NCBI GenBank assembly: GCA_002402965.1
Contig: DHGW01000002.1
Location: 24,771-88,770, forward strand
Length of the DNA: 64,000 bases
Direction of reading: 5' to 3'
From: Bacteroidales bacterium UBA4788
Lineage (GTDB): Bacteria > Bacteroidota > Bacteroidia > Bacteroidales > VadinHA17
Shown here: positions 16,388-26,058 of the stretch, in pieces
Numbering within the stretch: the stretch's first letter is position 1
Layout: every line of letters begins with the position of its first letter
The notes under the pieces: generated by a model
Databases searched by the model: none
Seen by the model: the letters and a program-made list of their open reading frames with translations, nothing else
Told to the model about the DNA's origin: nothing
Translations under genes and position numbers: made by a program

Positions 16388-19300
16388 ATGAATAGATTCC
16401 TGTTAATCACTGCACTTCTGCTGGCTCCGGCTTCCCTGGTGACAACCGGCCAGTTATTATTTACTGATGATGATCAGATGGTCAACGGATTCTCGCGCAA
16501 GACCGCAGGGCTTGATTTTGAATACCATTCCTTTATACCCGGTTTGCGCAGCAGTATTCTGGTCAGGGCGACGAACGGGAAAGATTTCATGGAATGGGAG
16601 ACAGCTCCCGTTCCCGCCGGTATTTCAGGTAAACAGGCGACATTTGTATGGATCGCCGCCCTGGGATCCAGTCCCGGCACAGCGCGCATGGACCTGTCGG
16701 TCAATGGTAAGCAGGCTTTTTCCTTCTTCACAGACGGGAAGGAAGCGTGGGACCTGGAAGGGAAAGATGGTTCGTCCCTTTCATTCAGGTCAGTTATGAC
16801 AGACCAGCATGGCGACCGACACGGCTACATGATACTCCGCATACATGCGGATCAGGTTCAGGAAGGCAGGCCTCTGGTGCTCCGGGTCACGGGAAGTGCC
16901 TCAGACCTGAGCTCCTGGTACATGACCTACAGGAAGCCTGTTGAGACAGGTGTGACCCTTAACGCTTTCCCTGCAATCCTGAATAATTCTGGCCGGCCGC
17001 TGCAACTGGTTGAGGCAGGCATCTTTTATTTCGGGGAGAGAAAGGAAGCACTGATTTATGCAGACGGCAAGCTTGCACAAAAGGTGATGCTTGACTTCGG
17101 GCATAATGCAGTAAACCTCGGACTGCCGGCGGTTACAAAAAAATCCAGGGTAAAAATAAAAGTAGTTGCCGGTGACTACTCAGCAACCACCACAGTAACG
17201 CTCGAACCGGTTCGCAGGTGGAAGGTCAGCTTCATTCAGCATGCGCATACGGATATCGGTTATACCCGTTCACAGCCGGAGATACTTGCAGAACACCTGA
17301 GATACATAGATTATGCGCTTGATTACTGTGACGCCACTGACAGTTTCCCGCCGGATGCGCAGTTTCGCTGGACCTGCGAAGCATCCTGGCCGGTTAATGA
17401 GTATCTGAAGTGCAGGCCGGCAGGTCAGACTGAAAGGCTTTTGAAGCGAATTAAGGAAGGAAGGATTGAGGTTACAGGCATGTACTTCAACTTTGACGAG
17501 ATTCCGGATGAGCAGATACTGGCAGCCTCATTGCAGGCCGTCGGACGGATCAGGGAACACGGCATCCCTGTAAGTGTGGCCATGCAGAATGATGTCAACG
17601 GCATCGGATGGTGCCTCAACGATTTTTACAGCGGCTTGGGTGTTAAGTACCTCAACATGGGTACTCACGGCCACCGTGCTTTAATCTGTTTTGACAGGCC
17701 CACGATGTTCTGGTGGGAATCGCCGTCAGGAAACCGTATGCTGACATTCAGGGCAGAGCACTATATGACCGGCAATACAGTAATGGAGGTACAGACGGGC
17801 GATTTTGACAAATTCAAGAATAACCTTCTGAATTATCTGACCGGTCTTGCTTCAAAAGGATATCCTTATGATGAGATGGCAATCCAGCATTCGGGGTACC
17901 TGACTGACAACTCTCCCCCTTCGACAATCATGAGCGAGATGATCATGAAATGGAATGAGTTCTTTGAATGGCCCAAGCTGACGACCTCTACAGCCCTGTC
18001 GTTTTTCAGTGAGATGGAGACCAGTCACGGCAGTGAATTTCCGGTTATCAGGGGCGCATGGCCTGACTGGTGGACTGACGGGTTCGGCGCGTCAGCCCGT
18101 GAGGTGGCGGCAACGCGGACTGCTGCGGCCTCCCTGATGGCAGGGATGGCAGGGCTGTCAATGGCTTCATTTGCAGGTATTGATCTCCCTGACGAAACCG
18201 CAACAGACATAGCGTTGGCAAATGAAGCGCTGCTCTTCTACACCGAGCACACGACCGGTTACTCCGAGAGTGTGCGGGAGCCGTACAGCCAGCCAACAAT
18301 GGAGCAGAGGGCTCTCAAGGAATCATATGCATGGGAAGCTGTCAGGCGGACTGCATCGCTTCAGGAATCTGCAATGGGGCTGTTGCAGAGCCTCTTCAAC
18401 AATGAGCCCGATCCGTCGCTCCTAGTATTCAACACCCTTAACTGGACCAGGTCAGGAATGGCAACAGTATATATTGACCACCAGATAGTCCCAAGGGAAA
18501 AGACAGCTGCCGTTTATGACGGCAGCGGAAAACGCCTGGCCACTCAGCCTCTCTCCCACCGCTCCGACGGCACCTATTGGGCGGTCTGGGTGGAAGGGAT
18601 ACCTCCGTTCGGTTTCAAAAAACTGGTCGTAAGACAGGAAGAGAATGAAAAACCGGCACCCCCCGGTAATCCGGAAATTTTGGAGAACCAATGGTACAGG
18701 ATTAAGACGGACTTACTAAATGGAACTATCACATCTGTCTACGACAAAGAACTGGCTGTTGAACTGATTGACGGCAAGGCAGACTATGGCCTGGGGGAAT
18801 TCATCCTTGAGCAGCTTGGCAACCGTTCACAGATGGAGAGCAGGATGCTTAATGATTTCACACGAAAACCTCTTGATACCGTCTGGTTTGACTCAGCATC
18901 AGGAGGCAATATATGGAACACTCTGAAGTTTTACGGGGAGTCAGAAACAGCCATCGGTCCGCGCGGGTTTACATTTGAAATAAGGCTGCACAACACGGAC
19001 AAAAGAATAGAACTGATCTTTTCGATCGTAAAGAGGAGCATCACCGACCCTGAAAGTTTTTACATCGCATTTCCGTTCGGGATTGCTGACGGAAGGCATT
19101 ATACAGAAGTTGCCGGAGGAGTGATTGAACCCGGTGTTGACCAGATTAAAGGGTCATCAAATGACTGGTATACGGTGCAGAATTTCACTTCTGTAAGAAA
19201 TAATGAGATGCAGGTTGTGCTTGGATGCAATGAGATGCCGCTGATGCAGTTCGGGGCAATAAACACAGGAAGGTATGTGGCCGGGGCATTGCCACAGTCA

Positions 19301-19765
19301 ACCCATCTCTTTTCCTGGCCGATGAACAACTATTGGGTGACCAACTTCAACGCCGATCAGCGGGGAGGTCATTCATGGACTTACTATCTCACATCATCCA
19401 GGGACAACACAGACAGTTTTGCATCCCGTTTCGGATGGGGCGCAAGGGTTCCCCTGCTCACGAGAATTCTCCCGGGGAGCGGGCCGGGAGACAGCAAAAG
19501 AGAGGGGTCCTTCGTTGAAGGCTGGCCCTCAGGGATGATCCTGGTAAGCGCCGTTCCCGGCAGCGATGGCAATTCTGTCATCCTTCACGTCAGGGAAACC
19601 GCCGGAAAGCAAACTGCTTTCAGCCTTGTCAGCGGTCTGACAGGGAAGTCGCTTGTACTGACTGAGGTTGATGTCACGGGAAAGCCTGTGACAGAAGGGT
19701 CTGCTGTAATCATGCCCCTGGAATCCAGGTTTTACAGGATGGAGCTTTCCGGTAAGGTAAAATGA
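16388..19765 (+). CDS. glycoside hydrolase family 38 (alpha-mannosidase-like), secreted
   Basis: 1125 aa, signal peptide. After an N-terminal region of about 270 aa comes the GH38 metal-site start FIQHAHTDIGYT, with later GH38-like blocks (MQNDVNG, TEHTTG). Confidence 0.75.
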   Translation: MNRFLLITALLLAPASLVTTGQLLFTDDDQMVNGFSRKTAGLDFEYHSFIPGLRSSILVRATNGKDFMEWETAPVPAGISGKQATFVWIAALGSSPGTARMDLSVNGKQAFSFFTDGKEAWDLEGKDGSSLSFRSVMTDQHGDRHGYMILRIHADQVQEGRPLVLRVTGSASDLSSWYMTYRKPVETGVTLNAFPAILNNSGRPLQLVEAGIFYFGERKEALIYADGKLAQKVMLDFGHNAVNLGLPAVTKKSRVKIKVVAGDYSATTTVTLEPVRRWKVSFIQHAHTDIGYTRSQPEILAEHLRYIDYALDYCDATDSFPPDAQFRWTCEASWPVNEYLKCRPAGQTERLLKRIKEGRIEVTGMYFNFDEIPDEQILAASLQAVGRIREHGIPVSVAMQNDVNGIGWCLNDFYSGLGVKYLNMGTHGHRALICFDRPTMFWWESPSGNRMLTFRAEHYMTGNTVMEVQTGDFDKFKNNLLNYLTGLASKGYPYDEMAIQHSGYLTDNSPPSTIMSEMIMKWNEFFEWPKLTTSTALSFFSEMETSHGSEFPVIRGAWPDWWTDGFGASAREVAATRTAAASLMAGMAGLSMASFAGIDLPDETATDIALANEALLFYTEHTTGYSESVREPYSQPTMEQRALKESYAWEAVRRTASLQESAMGLLQSLFNNEPDPSLLVFNTLNWTRSGMATVYIDHQIVPREKTAAVYDGSGKRLATQPLSHRSDGTYWAVWVEGIPPFGFKKLVVRQEENEKPAPPGNPEILENQWYRIKTDLLNGTITSVYDKELAVELIDGKADYGLGEFILEQLGNRSQMESRMLNDFTRKPLDTVWFDSASGGNIWNTLKFYGESETAIGPRGFTFEIRLHNTDKRIELIFSIVKRSITDPESFYIAFPFGIADGRHYTEVAGGVIEPGVDQIKGSSNDWYTVQNFTSVRNNEMQVVLGCNEMPLMQFGAINTGRYVAGALPQSTHLFSWPMNNYWVTNFNADQRGGHSWTYYLTSSRDNTDSFASRFGWGARVPLLTRILPGSGPGDSKREGSFVEGWPSGMILVSAVPGSDGNSVILHVRETAGKQTAFSLVSGLTGKSLVLTEVDVTGKPVTEGSAVIMPLESRFYRMELSGKVK

Positions 19766-19845
19766 AGAGTTTCGGGCTCCTTGCAAACAATTAAACCGGT
19801 ATCTTAGCTCCTTAACAGGATTGATTAAACTTATCCGTTCACTTT

Positions 19846-20934
19846 ATGAGCTTCATTTATCTAAGTACGTTTCTATCATCAATTATCGGCTTAATTATTA
19901 TTGCATGGATCCGCAGCTTCGACATCTATGAAAAGGAGACATTCATTGCCATGTTTTGGGCTTTCCTGGCCGGCGGCATAACGTCGGTACTGACAGCACT
20001 CGGCATCTATGAATTCCTGAGGCTCTTCGGGCTGGATGATACTGCAATAAGCACAACCCTTGGCTCTTTCCTGATTATCGGACCGGTGGAGGAGTTTGCG
20101 AAGCTGTTGGGGCTGATCGTAGTATATAATCTCATCAGGAAACAATTCAACGAGCTGTCTGACGGAGTCATCTACATGGCATGTGTTGCTCTCGGTTTTT
20201 CAATCATAGAAAACTATTTCTATGCCAATGCCGGGGAGGGCAGCCAGTACCTGCTGATCTACAGGGCCTTCATAAGCACTCCGGCGCATATCTCATTCAG
20301 TGTGATCATCGGTTATGCCTGGTACAGGTACAAGAAGGAGAACAAGCCTTTCAGCACGGTAATTCTTGCGCTTGTTGTTGCGAGCGTGCTGCACGGCGTT
20401 TTTGATGCCCTGGCGTTCAGTCCCTGGTTCAACTACCTGTTACTGTTCTATCTCTACATGATCATCAGGCAGACACTCAGGGTTGTCCAGTACACAAACC
20501 TCATATCCCCCTTCCGTCCTGGCTTTGCAGCTCTTTTTGAAAACTCCGCCGGCGAGACCGCTGAGGGAGTGGAATGTCCAAACTGCGGGTCGGTCGCCCC
20601 GAAGGAACTTGTTCGCAACAAATACTTCACCGCGTGCCGATGTGATGGTTGCGGCTATCATATAGCATCACGGGCAGATATAAGAAAGATTTTCAGGCTA
20701 TTTGCCCCGGAATATAAAAGGCTTGGCAGGAAACTGCTACCGGCCAGGTTCAGTGACGGACGCACCCTCATGAGTGTTTATGGGTCAGCCTATTTCGGCA
20801 GCAGCGGCAGCAGGGGTTTCTTCAGGGTCAATGAGCTGGCTGAAAGGCTGCAGGTCATCAACGAAGAACTTATGACCAGGTTCAGAAAACGATCGTTTAT
20901 GTCCGCAACTCTTCTCAGGCGCTTATTTGAATGA
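19846..20934 (+). CDS. PrsW-family intramembrane metalloprotease with C-terminal zinc-ribbon tail
   Basis: Multi-pass membrane N-terminal half with GPVEEFAKL (EExxK) and LHGVFDA (HxxxD) PrsW motifs. The C-terminus has CPNCG...CRCDGCG (a 4-Cys ribbon). Confidence 0.7.
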   Translation: MSFIYLSTFLSSIIGLIIIAWIRSFDIYEKETFIAMFWAFLAGGITSVLTALGIYEFLRLFGLDDTAISTTLGSFLIIGPVEEFAKLLGLIVVYNLIRKQFNELSDGVIYMACVALGFSIIENYFYANAGEGSQYLLIYRAFISTPAHISFSVIIGYAWYRYKKENKPFSTVILALVVASVLHGVFDALAFSPWFNYLLLFYLYMIIRQTLRVVQYTNLISPFRPGFAALFENSAGETAEGVECPNCGSVAPKELVRNKYFTACRCDGCGYHIASRADIRKIFRLFAPEYKRLGRKLLPARFSDGRTLMSVYGSAYFGSSGSRGFFRVNELAERLQVINEELMTRFRKRSFMSATLLRRLFE

Positions 20935-22085
20935 AAAACAGCAGAATGAAGAAAGGAAATTCAGAGTCTGGCATGCGAACGCTTTTTTATAATGCCCGTT
21001 TTTTTACCGGTACGGAGCTGGTTGATGAAAAGGTTCTGATAACTGAAGGTAACCGCATAGCAGGATTTGCCGAAAGGGACTCCGCACCGGCCGATGCAAT
21101 CCGGATAGACTGTGGTGGTCAGCTTTTGATTGCCGGGCTCATTGACCTTCAGATTGCAGGAGGCGGGGGTTATCTCTTCTCGGCGAGCCCGACCCCGGAT
21201 GCCCTGGCCGCTATTACCGGATCAATAGTCTCAACAGGCACGACAGGTTTCCTGCTGGCTTTGCCGACCAACACCCCGGATGTTTACAGAACGGCATTCC
21301 GGACCGTCAGTGAGTCTGACAATCCTGCCCTGTTAGGCCTTCACATGGAAGGTCCCTTCATCTCACATACCAGACGGGGTGCACATGCGTCGGAGCTTAT
21401 CATTAAGCCCACGGGGGAGAATGTGGCTGCACTCCTCCGCGAGGCAGGCGGCACCATCAGAATGATGACTGTTGCTCCGGAGGTATGCACTGCTGAGATC
21501 ATTGCGATGCTAAGGGAGAATGGCATCACTGTGGCGGCAGGTCACAGCAACGCCACCTTCAGGGAGGCATCTCGCGGTTTTGAGATGGGCATTGAGACAA
21601 CAACCCATCTTTTCAACGCGATGACCCCGATGCATCATCGTGATCCCGGGCTTCCCGGGGCAGCCTTCATCTCTGAGAGTGCATGTGCCAGCATCATCGC
21701 CGACGGCATACATGCGGATTACGCTATGGTGGCCATAGCCAAGAAAGTAATGAAAGAGAGGCTATTCCTCGTCTCAGATGCAGTTGAAGAGAATGACCGA
21801 GGGGCATACCTGCACGTGAGGCAGCATGACCGTTACACCTTGCCTGACGGGACCCTCTCTGGAGCAAGGCTGTCTATGCTCGATGCAGTGAGAAACTGCA
21901 TCAACCATGCAGGCATAGAAAAATATGAAGCCATCCGGATGGCAACGCTTTACCCCGCTCAACTGATCAAGGCGACAGACCGGGGCGTTATCAAGCCAGG
22001 ATCCAGGGCCGACCTGCTGATAGTAGACAGTGAGATGAGATTAAAGGGAATATGCTTTAACGGAAAGACAGAACTAAAGGATTGA
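20931..22085 (+). CDS. nagA: N-acetylglucosamine-6-phosphate deacetylase
   Basis: LHMEGPFIS, AGHSNAT, THLFNAM and the IADGIH blocks of NagA. ATGA overlap with the upstream stop; alternative starts at 20946 and 20973. Confidence 0.85.
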   Translation: MKNSRMKKGNSESGMRTLFYNARFFTGTELVDEKVLITEGNRIAGFAERDSAPADAIRIDCGGQLLIAGLIDLQIAGGGGYLFSASPTPDALAAITGSIVSTGTTGFLLALPTNTPDVYRTAFRTVSESDNPALLGLHMEGPFISHTRRGAHASELIIKPTGENVAALLREAGGTIRMMTVAPEVCTAEIIAMLRENGITVAAGHSNATFREASRGFEMGIETTTHLFNAMTPMHHRDPGLPGAAFISESACASIIADGIHADYAMVAIAKKVMKERLFLVSDAVEENDRGAYLHVRQHDRYTLPDGTLSGARLSMLDAVRNCINHAGIEKYEAIRMATLYPAQLIKATDRGVIKPGSRADLLIVDSEMRLKGICFNGKTELKD

Positions 22086-22089
22086 TATC

Positions 22090-23052
22090 ATGGCATTGCT
22101 TGGAATTGACCTTGGAGGAACGAAAGTTGCCTTTGCTCTCTTCGACCGCAGCGGCAACATGAGGGCAAAGGAGACCCTAACCCTTGATACCCGGAGGGGA
22201 GCGGAAGTGGGTAAGCTGATAACTATCTCTGCCGCACTGAAGATTGCCTCGGCAGATAGCGAAGGTGATCCGGTGGAAGCCATAGGCATCTCCGTCCCGG
22301 GAATCAGTCGTCGTGAGAAAGGCACCGTGTGGGCCCCAAATATTCCGGGCTGGGATGATTACCCTCTCATGCGGGAGATTAAGACTGTAGCAGAAGAGAT
22401 CCCAGTAGCAATAGAGAGCGACAGGTCATGTTGCATTTCAGGAGAGATATGGAAGGGAAATGCACGCGGATGCAAGGATGCAATTTATCTTGCCGTCGGT
22501 ACGGGCATTGGTGCCGGCATCTTCGTCAACGGCGAAGTGCTTCGCGGGGCACATGACATTGCCGGGGCGATTGGATGGATGGCGCTGTCAAGACCCTTCA
22601 AAAGCAAATATACGATCTGTGGCAACTTCGAGTACTTCGCCTCAGGTGAAGGCATTTCACGGCAAGTGTCAGAGTATCTGAAGAAGCATGACAGGTACCA
22701 GGGAGAGCTGAGAAAAGGACCTGGTGAGAAGGTTACCACGCAGGATGTCTTCAGTGCCCATGGCAAGGGTGATGTTGCAGCCGTATCCATCATTGACCTC
22801 GCCGTTGAGTACTGGGGTATGGCATGTGCAAATCTTGTGAGCCTCTTCAATCCCGAGAAGATCATCTTCGGCGGTGGGGTCTTCGGGCCGGCTGTGGAGT
22901 TGATACCCGCCATCAGGCAGGAGGCTGAGAAGTGGGCTCAGCCAATAAGCATCAGACAGGTGAGCTTTGAGCCATCGGCCCTGGACGGTGACGCCGGCGT
23001 TTATGGCGCCGGATTCCTGGCAATGAAACACCATGGCTATTCAACATACTGA
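22090..23052 (+). CDS. ROK-family sugar kinase-like protein (atypical, no zinc motif)
   Basis: LGIDLGGTKVAFALF ATP-binding start and the LAVGTGIGAGIFVNGEVLRG glycine-rich block. The usual ExGH / CxCGxxGC region reads AGAIGW ... ICGNFEYFAS. Confidence 0.75.
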   Translation: MALLGIDLGGTKVAFALFDRSGNMRAKETLTLDTRRGAEVGKLITISAALKIASADSEGDPVEAIGISVPGISRREKGTVWAPNIPGWDDYPLMREIKTVAEEIPVAIESDRSCCISGEIWKGNARGCKDAIYLAVGTGIGAGIFVNGEVLRGAHDIAGAIGWMALSRPFKSKYTICGNFEYFASGEGISRQVSEYLKKHDRYQGELRKGPGEKVTTQDVFSAHGKGDVAAVSIIDLAVEYWGMACANLVSLFNPEKIIFGGGVFGPAVELIPAIRQEAEKWAQPISIRQVSFEPSALDGDAGVYGAGFLAMKHHGYSTY

Positions 23053-23053
23053 A

Positions 23054-24217
23054 ATGAAAGGCACCTACAACAGAAAAATGGTGTTCTGGTCGGCATGCCT
23101 GGGTATGCTGCTCTTCGGAATCGGATTGATAATGCTTGGCTCCGTTCTGCCTGACCTCAGGATAAAACACTCACTGGATGCGGTGGAGGCAGGGACCCTC
23201 TTTTCCATATTGCCGATAGGGGTCATCGTTGGTTCACTCCTGTTCGGACCGGTATGTGACAGGTACGGGTACAGGACCCTGCTGGCCGTTTCCGCACTGC
23301 TCATGTTCGCCGGCTTTGAGGGGCTTGCCTTCACCAATACGGCATGGATACTGACAGTGTCGGTATTCCTCTTCGGTCTCGGTGGCGGTGCCATCAACGG
23401 CGCCACCAACGCTGTTGTAGCAGATATCAGTACCTCCGGCAAGGGGGCAGACCTGAGCATTCTGGGTGTCTTTTTCGGCCTGGGAGCACTGGGTATGCCA
23501 CTGCTTTTAAGTCTTTTGAAGAAGAGCGTGGATTTTGAGGCCATTGTGGCCGCCACAGGTGTTCTGGCGCTGGCAGCGGGGGTGCTCTTCATGGTCGTCA
23601 GGTTCCCGGCCGCAAAACAGGAGGAGGGAATATCAATCAAACAGATAGGAGGACTCTTCAGGGATGTCACGCTGCTGCTCATCGCCTTTTTCCTGTTCTT
23701 TCAGAGTGCCTTTGAGGGTCTGATAAACAACTGGACCACCACCTATCTCATGGAAGAGGTGGCAGCGCCACAGCAGGCTGCCCTGATGGGCCTGTCAGCC
23801 TACATAGCCGGCATGACGGTGATGAGACTCCTGATAGGCAGTTTCCTCAGGAAGTTGCCAGAGCGAAGATTGCTTCACGTTTCGTTTGCCATAACCCTTG
23901 TGGCTCTGCTCCTTTTCAGCCTCAGCAAGTCGGTTGTACCGGCTGCAGCCGGGCTCTTTCTGCTGGGAGCAGGCCTCGCGGCAGGATTTCCCACCATGCT
24001 GGGTCTCGTAGGCAACAGGTATCCGAATCTGTCAGGCACAGCGTTTAGCTTCGTCCTTGTGATAGCATTGCTGGGCAACATGCTGGTAAATTACACGATG
24101 GGACTGGTGGCGCAGAATCGGGGTATAAGGAATCTCACTGCATTCACATTTGCCGAGCTGATAATTCTGGTTATCATGGCAACGGCTATCTTTGGAAGGC
24201 TGAAGTACAAAAAATGA
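23054..24217 (+). CDS. MFS sugar transporter (fucose/glucose-galactose permease-like)
   Basis: About 12 TM helices and the conserved loop GPVCDRYGYR. ATG 23054 lies 1 nt after the ROK stop; the ORF-track start 23033 would overlap the ROK gene. Confidence 0.75.
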   Translation: MKGTYNRKMVFWSACLGMLLFGIGLIMLGSVLPDLRIKHSLDAVEAGTLFSILPIGVIVGSLLFGPVCDRYGYRTLLAVSALLMFAGFEGLAFTNTAWILTVSVFLFGLGGGAINGATNAVVADISTSGKGADLSILGVFFGLGALGMPLLLSLLKKSVDFEAIVAATGVLALAAGVLFMVVRFPAAKQEEGISIKQIGGLFRDVTLLLIAFFLFFQSAFEGLINNWTTTYLMEEVAAPQQAALMGLSAYIAGMTVMRLLIGSFLRKLPERRLLHVSFAITLVALLLFSLSKSVVPAAAGLFLLGAGLAAGFPTMLGLVGNRYPNLSGTAFSFVLVIALLGNMLVNYTMGLVAQNRGIRNLTAFTFAELIILVIMATAIFGRLKYKK

Positions 24218-24240
24218 ATCAAAATTAAATACAACAGGAT

Positions 24241-25002
24241 ATGCTAGCACTTGAATGGCTGAACAATGCCAGGGATGTGATGAACCGCATCGAGGAGACA
24301 CAAATGAAAAACATACGCAGGGCAGCAGAGGTCATGGCTGACACGATTGAATGTGGGAGGTGGGTTCACACCTTTGGGTGCGGGCACGCTACCCTGCCTA
24401 TCGAGGAGATGTATCCCAGGATAGGCGGCTTTGTCGGGTTCCATCCGATGATAGAGATACCCCTCAGTTTCTTTACTCATATCACCGGTGAGATGGGAGT
24501 TCACCAGTTCGTCTTCCTCGAAAGGGTTGAGGGGTACGGCGTTGAGATCATGAAGGGATATACTTTTGATCAGCGTGACACAATGTGGCTCTTTTCACAC
24601 TCGGGGATCAACAATGTCAACATTGATATTGCCCTCGAGTCAAAGAAGAGGGGAATGAAGGTGGTTGTCTTCGGATCGGCTGCTGCCGCCACAGGAAAGA
24701 AGACCAGACACAGCTCGGGAAAGACTATCTTTGACATTGCGGACATAGTTGTTGATACCTGTGCCCCGCTCGAGGACGCCTCGGTGAAGCTGAAGAATCA
24801 TTATGACAAGATCGGACCGGTCTCAACAATGGCCTTCGTGACCTGTGTCTGGATGACCGTCACCACCGTTGCCGAGATACTGGCTGACAGGGGCGTGAAG
24901 CTTTACATACACCCGAGCCACAATGTACCGGGAGACAACACCGCCAGGGAGAGGCTTGACGAAGCCCTCGCTGAGTACAAGTGCAGGATTGCCGGGGTAT
25001 AA
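24241..25002 (+). CDS. SIS-domain protein (UPF0309-like sugar-phosphate isomerase/deaminase fold)
   Basis: 253 aa. VHTFGCGHATLPIEEMYPRIGGF, LFSHSGINNVNIDIAL and VVVFGS match the single-SIS UPF0309-type layout as I recall it. Confidence 0.65.
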   Translation: MLALEWLNNARDVMNRIEETQMKNIRRAAEVMADTIECGRWVHTFGCGHATLPIEEMYPRIGGFVGFHPMIEIPLSFFTHITGEMGVHQFVFLERVEGYGVEIMKGYTFDQRDTMWLFSHSGINNVNIDIALESKKRGMKVVVFGSAAAATGKKTRHSSGKTIFDIADIVVDTCAPLEDASVKLKNHYDKIGPVSTMAFVTCVWMTVTTVAEILADRGVKLYIHPSHNVPGDNTARERLDEALAEYKCRIAGV

Positions 25003-25022
25003 AAACCGCTTAAACTGATATT

Positions 25023-26054
25023 GTGAACTCACTGGAGAGAAGCGTAACATTCATTGAAGGCAGCGTACCTGACCGTATCCCCTTCCATCCCATTTTGATG
25101 CGGTTTGCAGCGCTTCATGCGGGTGTCAGGTACCGTGACTTCTGTATCAACCCTGCAAAGAAGTGCATGGCAAACATCAGGTGTGCTGCAGATTTCGGAT
25201 CTGACTGGGTCAACACCATGTCAGATCCGTGGGCGGAGGCAGAGGCATTCGGAACCGTTCTCTTCTACCCTGAAGATGATCTTCCGAAAGTTGAGCAATA
25301 TGCCATAAAAGATATAGCCGACATTGACCGGCTGGAAGTACTTCGCCCTGGTGACCACAAGAGGATGAGGGCCCGTGTTGAGGAGACAGATATCTACAGA
25401 AGGGAAACTGCCGGAAATCTTCTTATATGCGGCTGGGTTGAAGGACCACTGGCGGCATATTGTGATATCAGAGATATCAACATGGCGATGACCGACCTGT
25501 ACGAATACCCGGAGAAGGTGCATAAGGCACTGGATATCATAACAGAAAGCGCTTTAACCTTCATAACGCCACAGATCATGGCAGGGGCCCATTGCATCGG
25601 CATTGGTGATTCGGTGTGCTCCCTCATCTCTCCTGAACTTTACCATGAGTTCTGTTTTAACAGGGAGAAACAAATAGTTGATCACATTCACTCACTGGGG
25701 GCATATGCCAAGATCCATATATGCGGGAACATCTCGGCCATACTTCATGAGGTTATTATGACCGGCGCAGACATCATCGACATTGATCACCGCACCGGAC
25801 CGGTTACAGATGTGCTGAAGCTGCTTGGACCGAAGCAGGTCTTTTCAGGTAAGAGTGACCCGGTATCTGTGGTGCAGGACGGCAATAGGGAGATGATCCG
25901 CAACAGCTGCCGTGAATTCTTCGGTGAAGCCGGAGGCCGGGCCATAATATCCGCAGGCTGCGAGGTGCCTCCGGGGACACCGGCTGAGAATCTCAGGTTC
26001 CTGGCCTCCATGTCAGAGGAGCTGTTCACTGAGGCAGGAAAGGACAAAGGATAA
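25023..26054 (+). CDS. uroporphyrinogen-decarboxylase (URO-D) family protein (MtaA/CmuA-like fold), function unknown
   Basis: 343 aa, GTG start. DRIPFHPILMRFAA, a TIM-barrel-length body and ..IISAGCEVPPGTPAENL at the C-terminus, typical of URO-D family members. Confidence 0.65.
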   Translation: MNSLERSVTFIEGSVPDRIPFHPILMRFAALHAGVRYRDFCINPAKKCMANIRCAADFGSDWVNTMSDPWAEAEAFGTVLFYPEDDLPKVEQYAIKDIADIDRLEVLRPGDHKRMRARVEETDIYRRETAGNLLICGWVEGPLAAYCDIRDINMAMTDLYEYPEKVHKALDIITESALTFITPQIMAGAHCIGIGDSVCSLISPELYHEFCFNREKQIVDHIHSLGAYAKIHICGNISAILHEVIMTGADIIDIDHRTGPVTDVLKLLGPKQVFSGKSDPVSVVQDGNREMIRNSCREFFGEAGGRAIISAGCEVPPGTPAENLRFLASMSEELFTEAGKDKG

Positions 26055-26058
26055 CATC

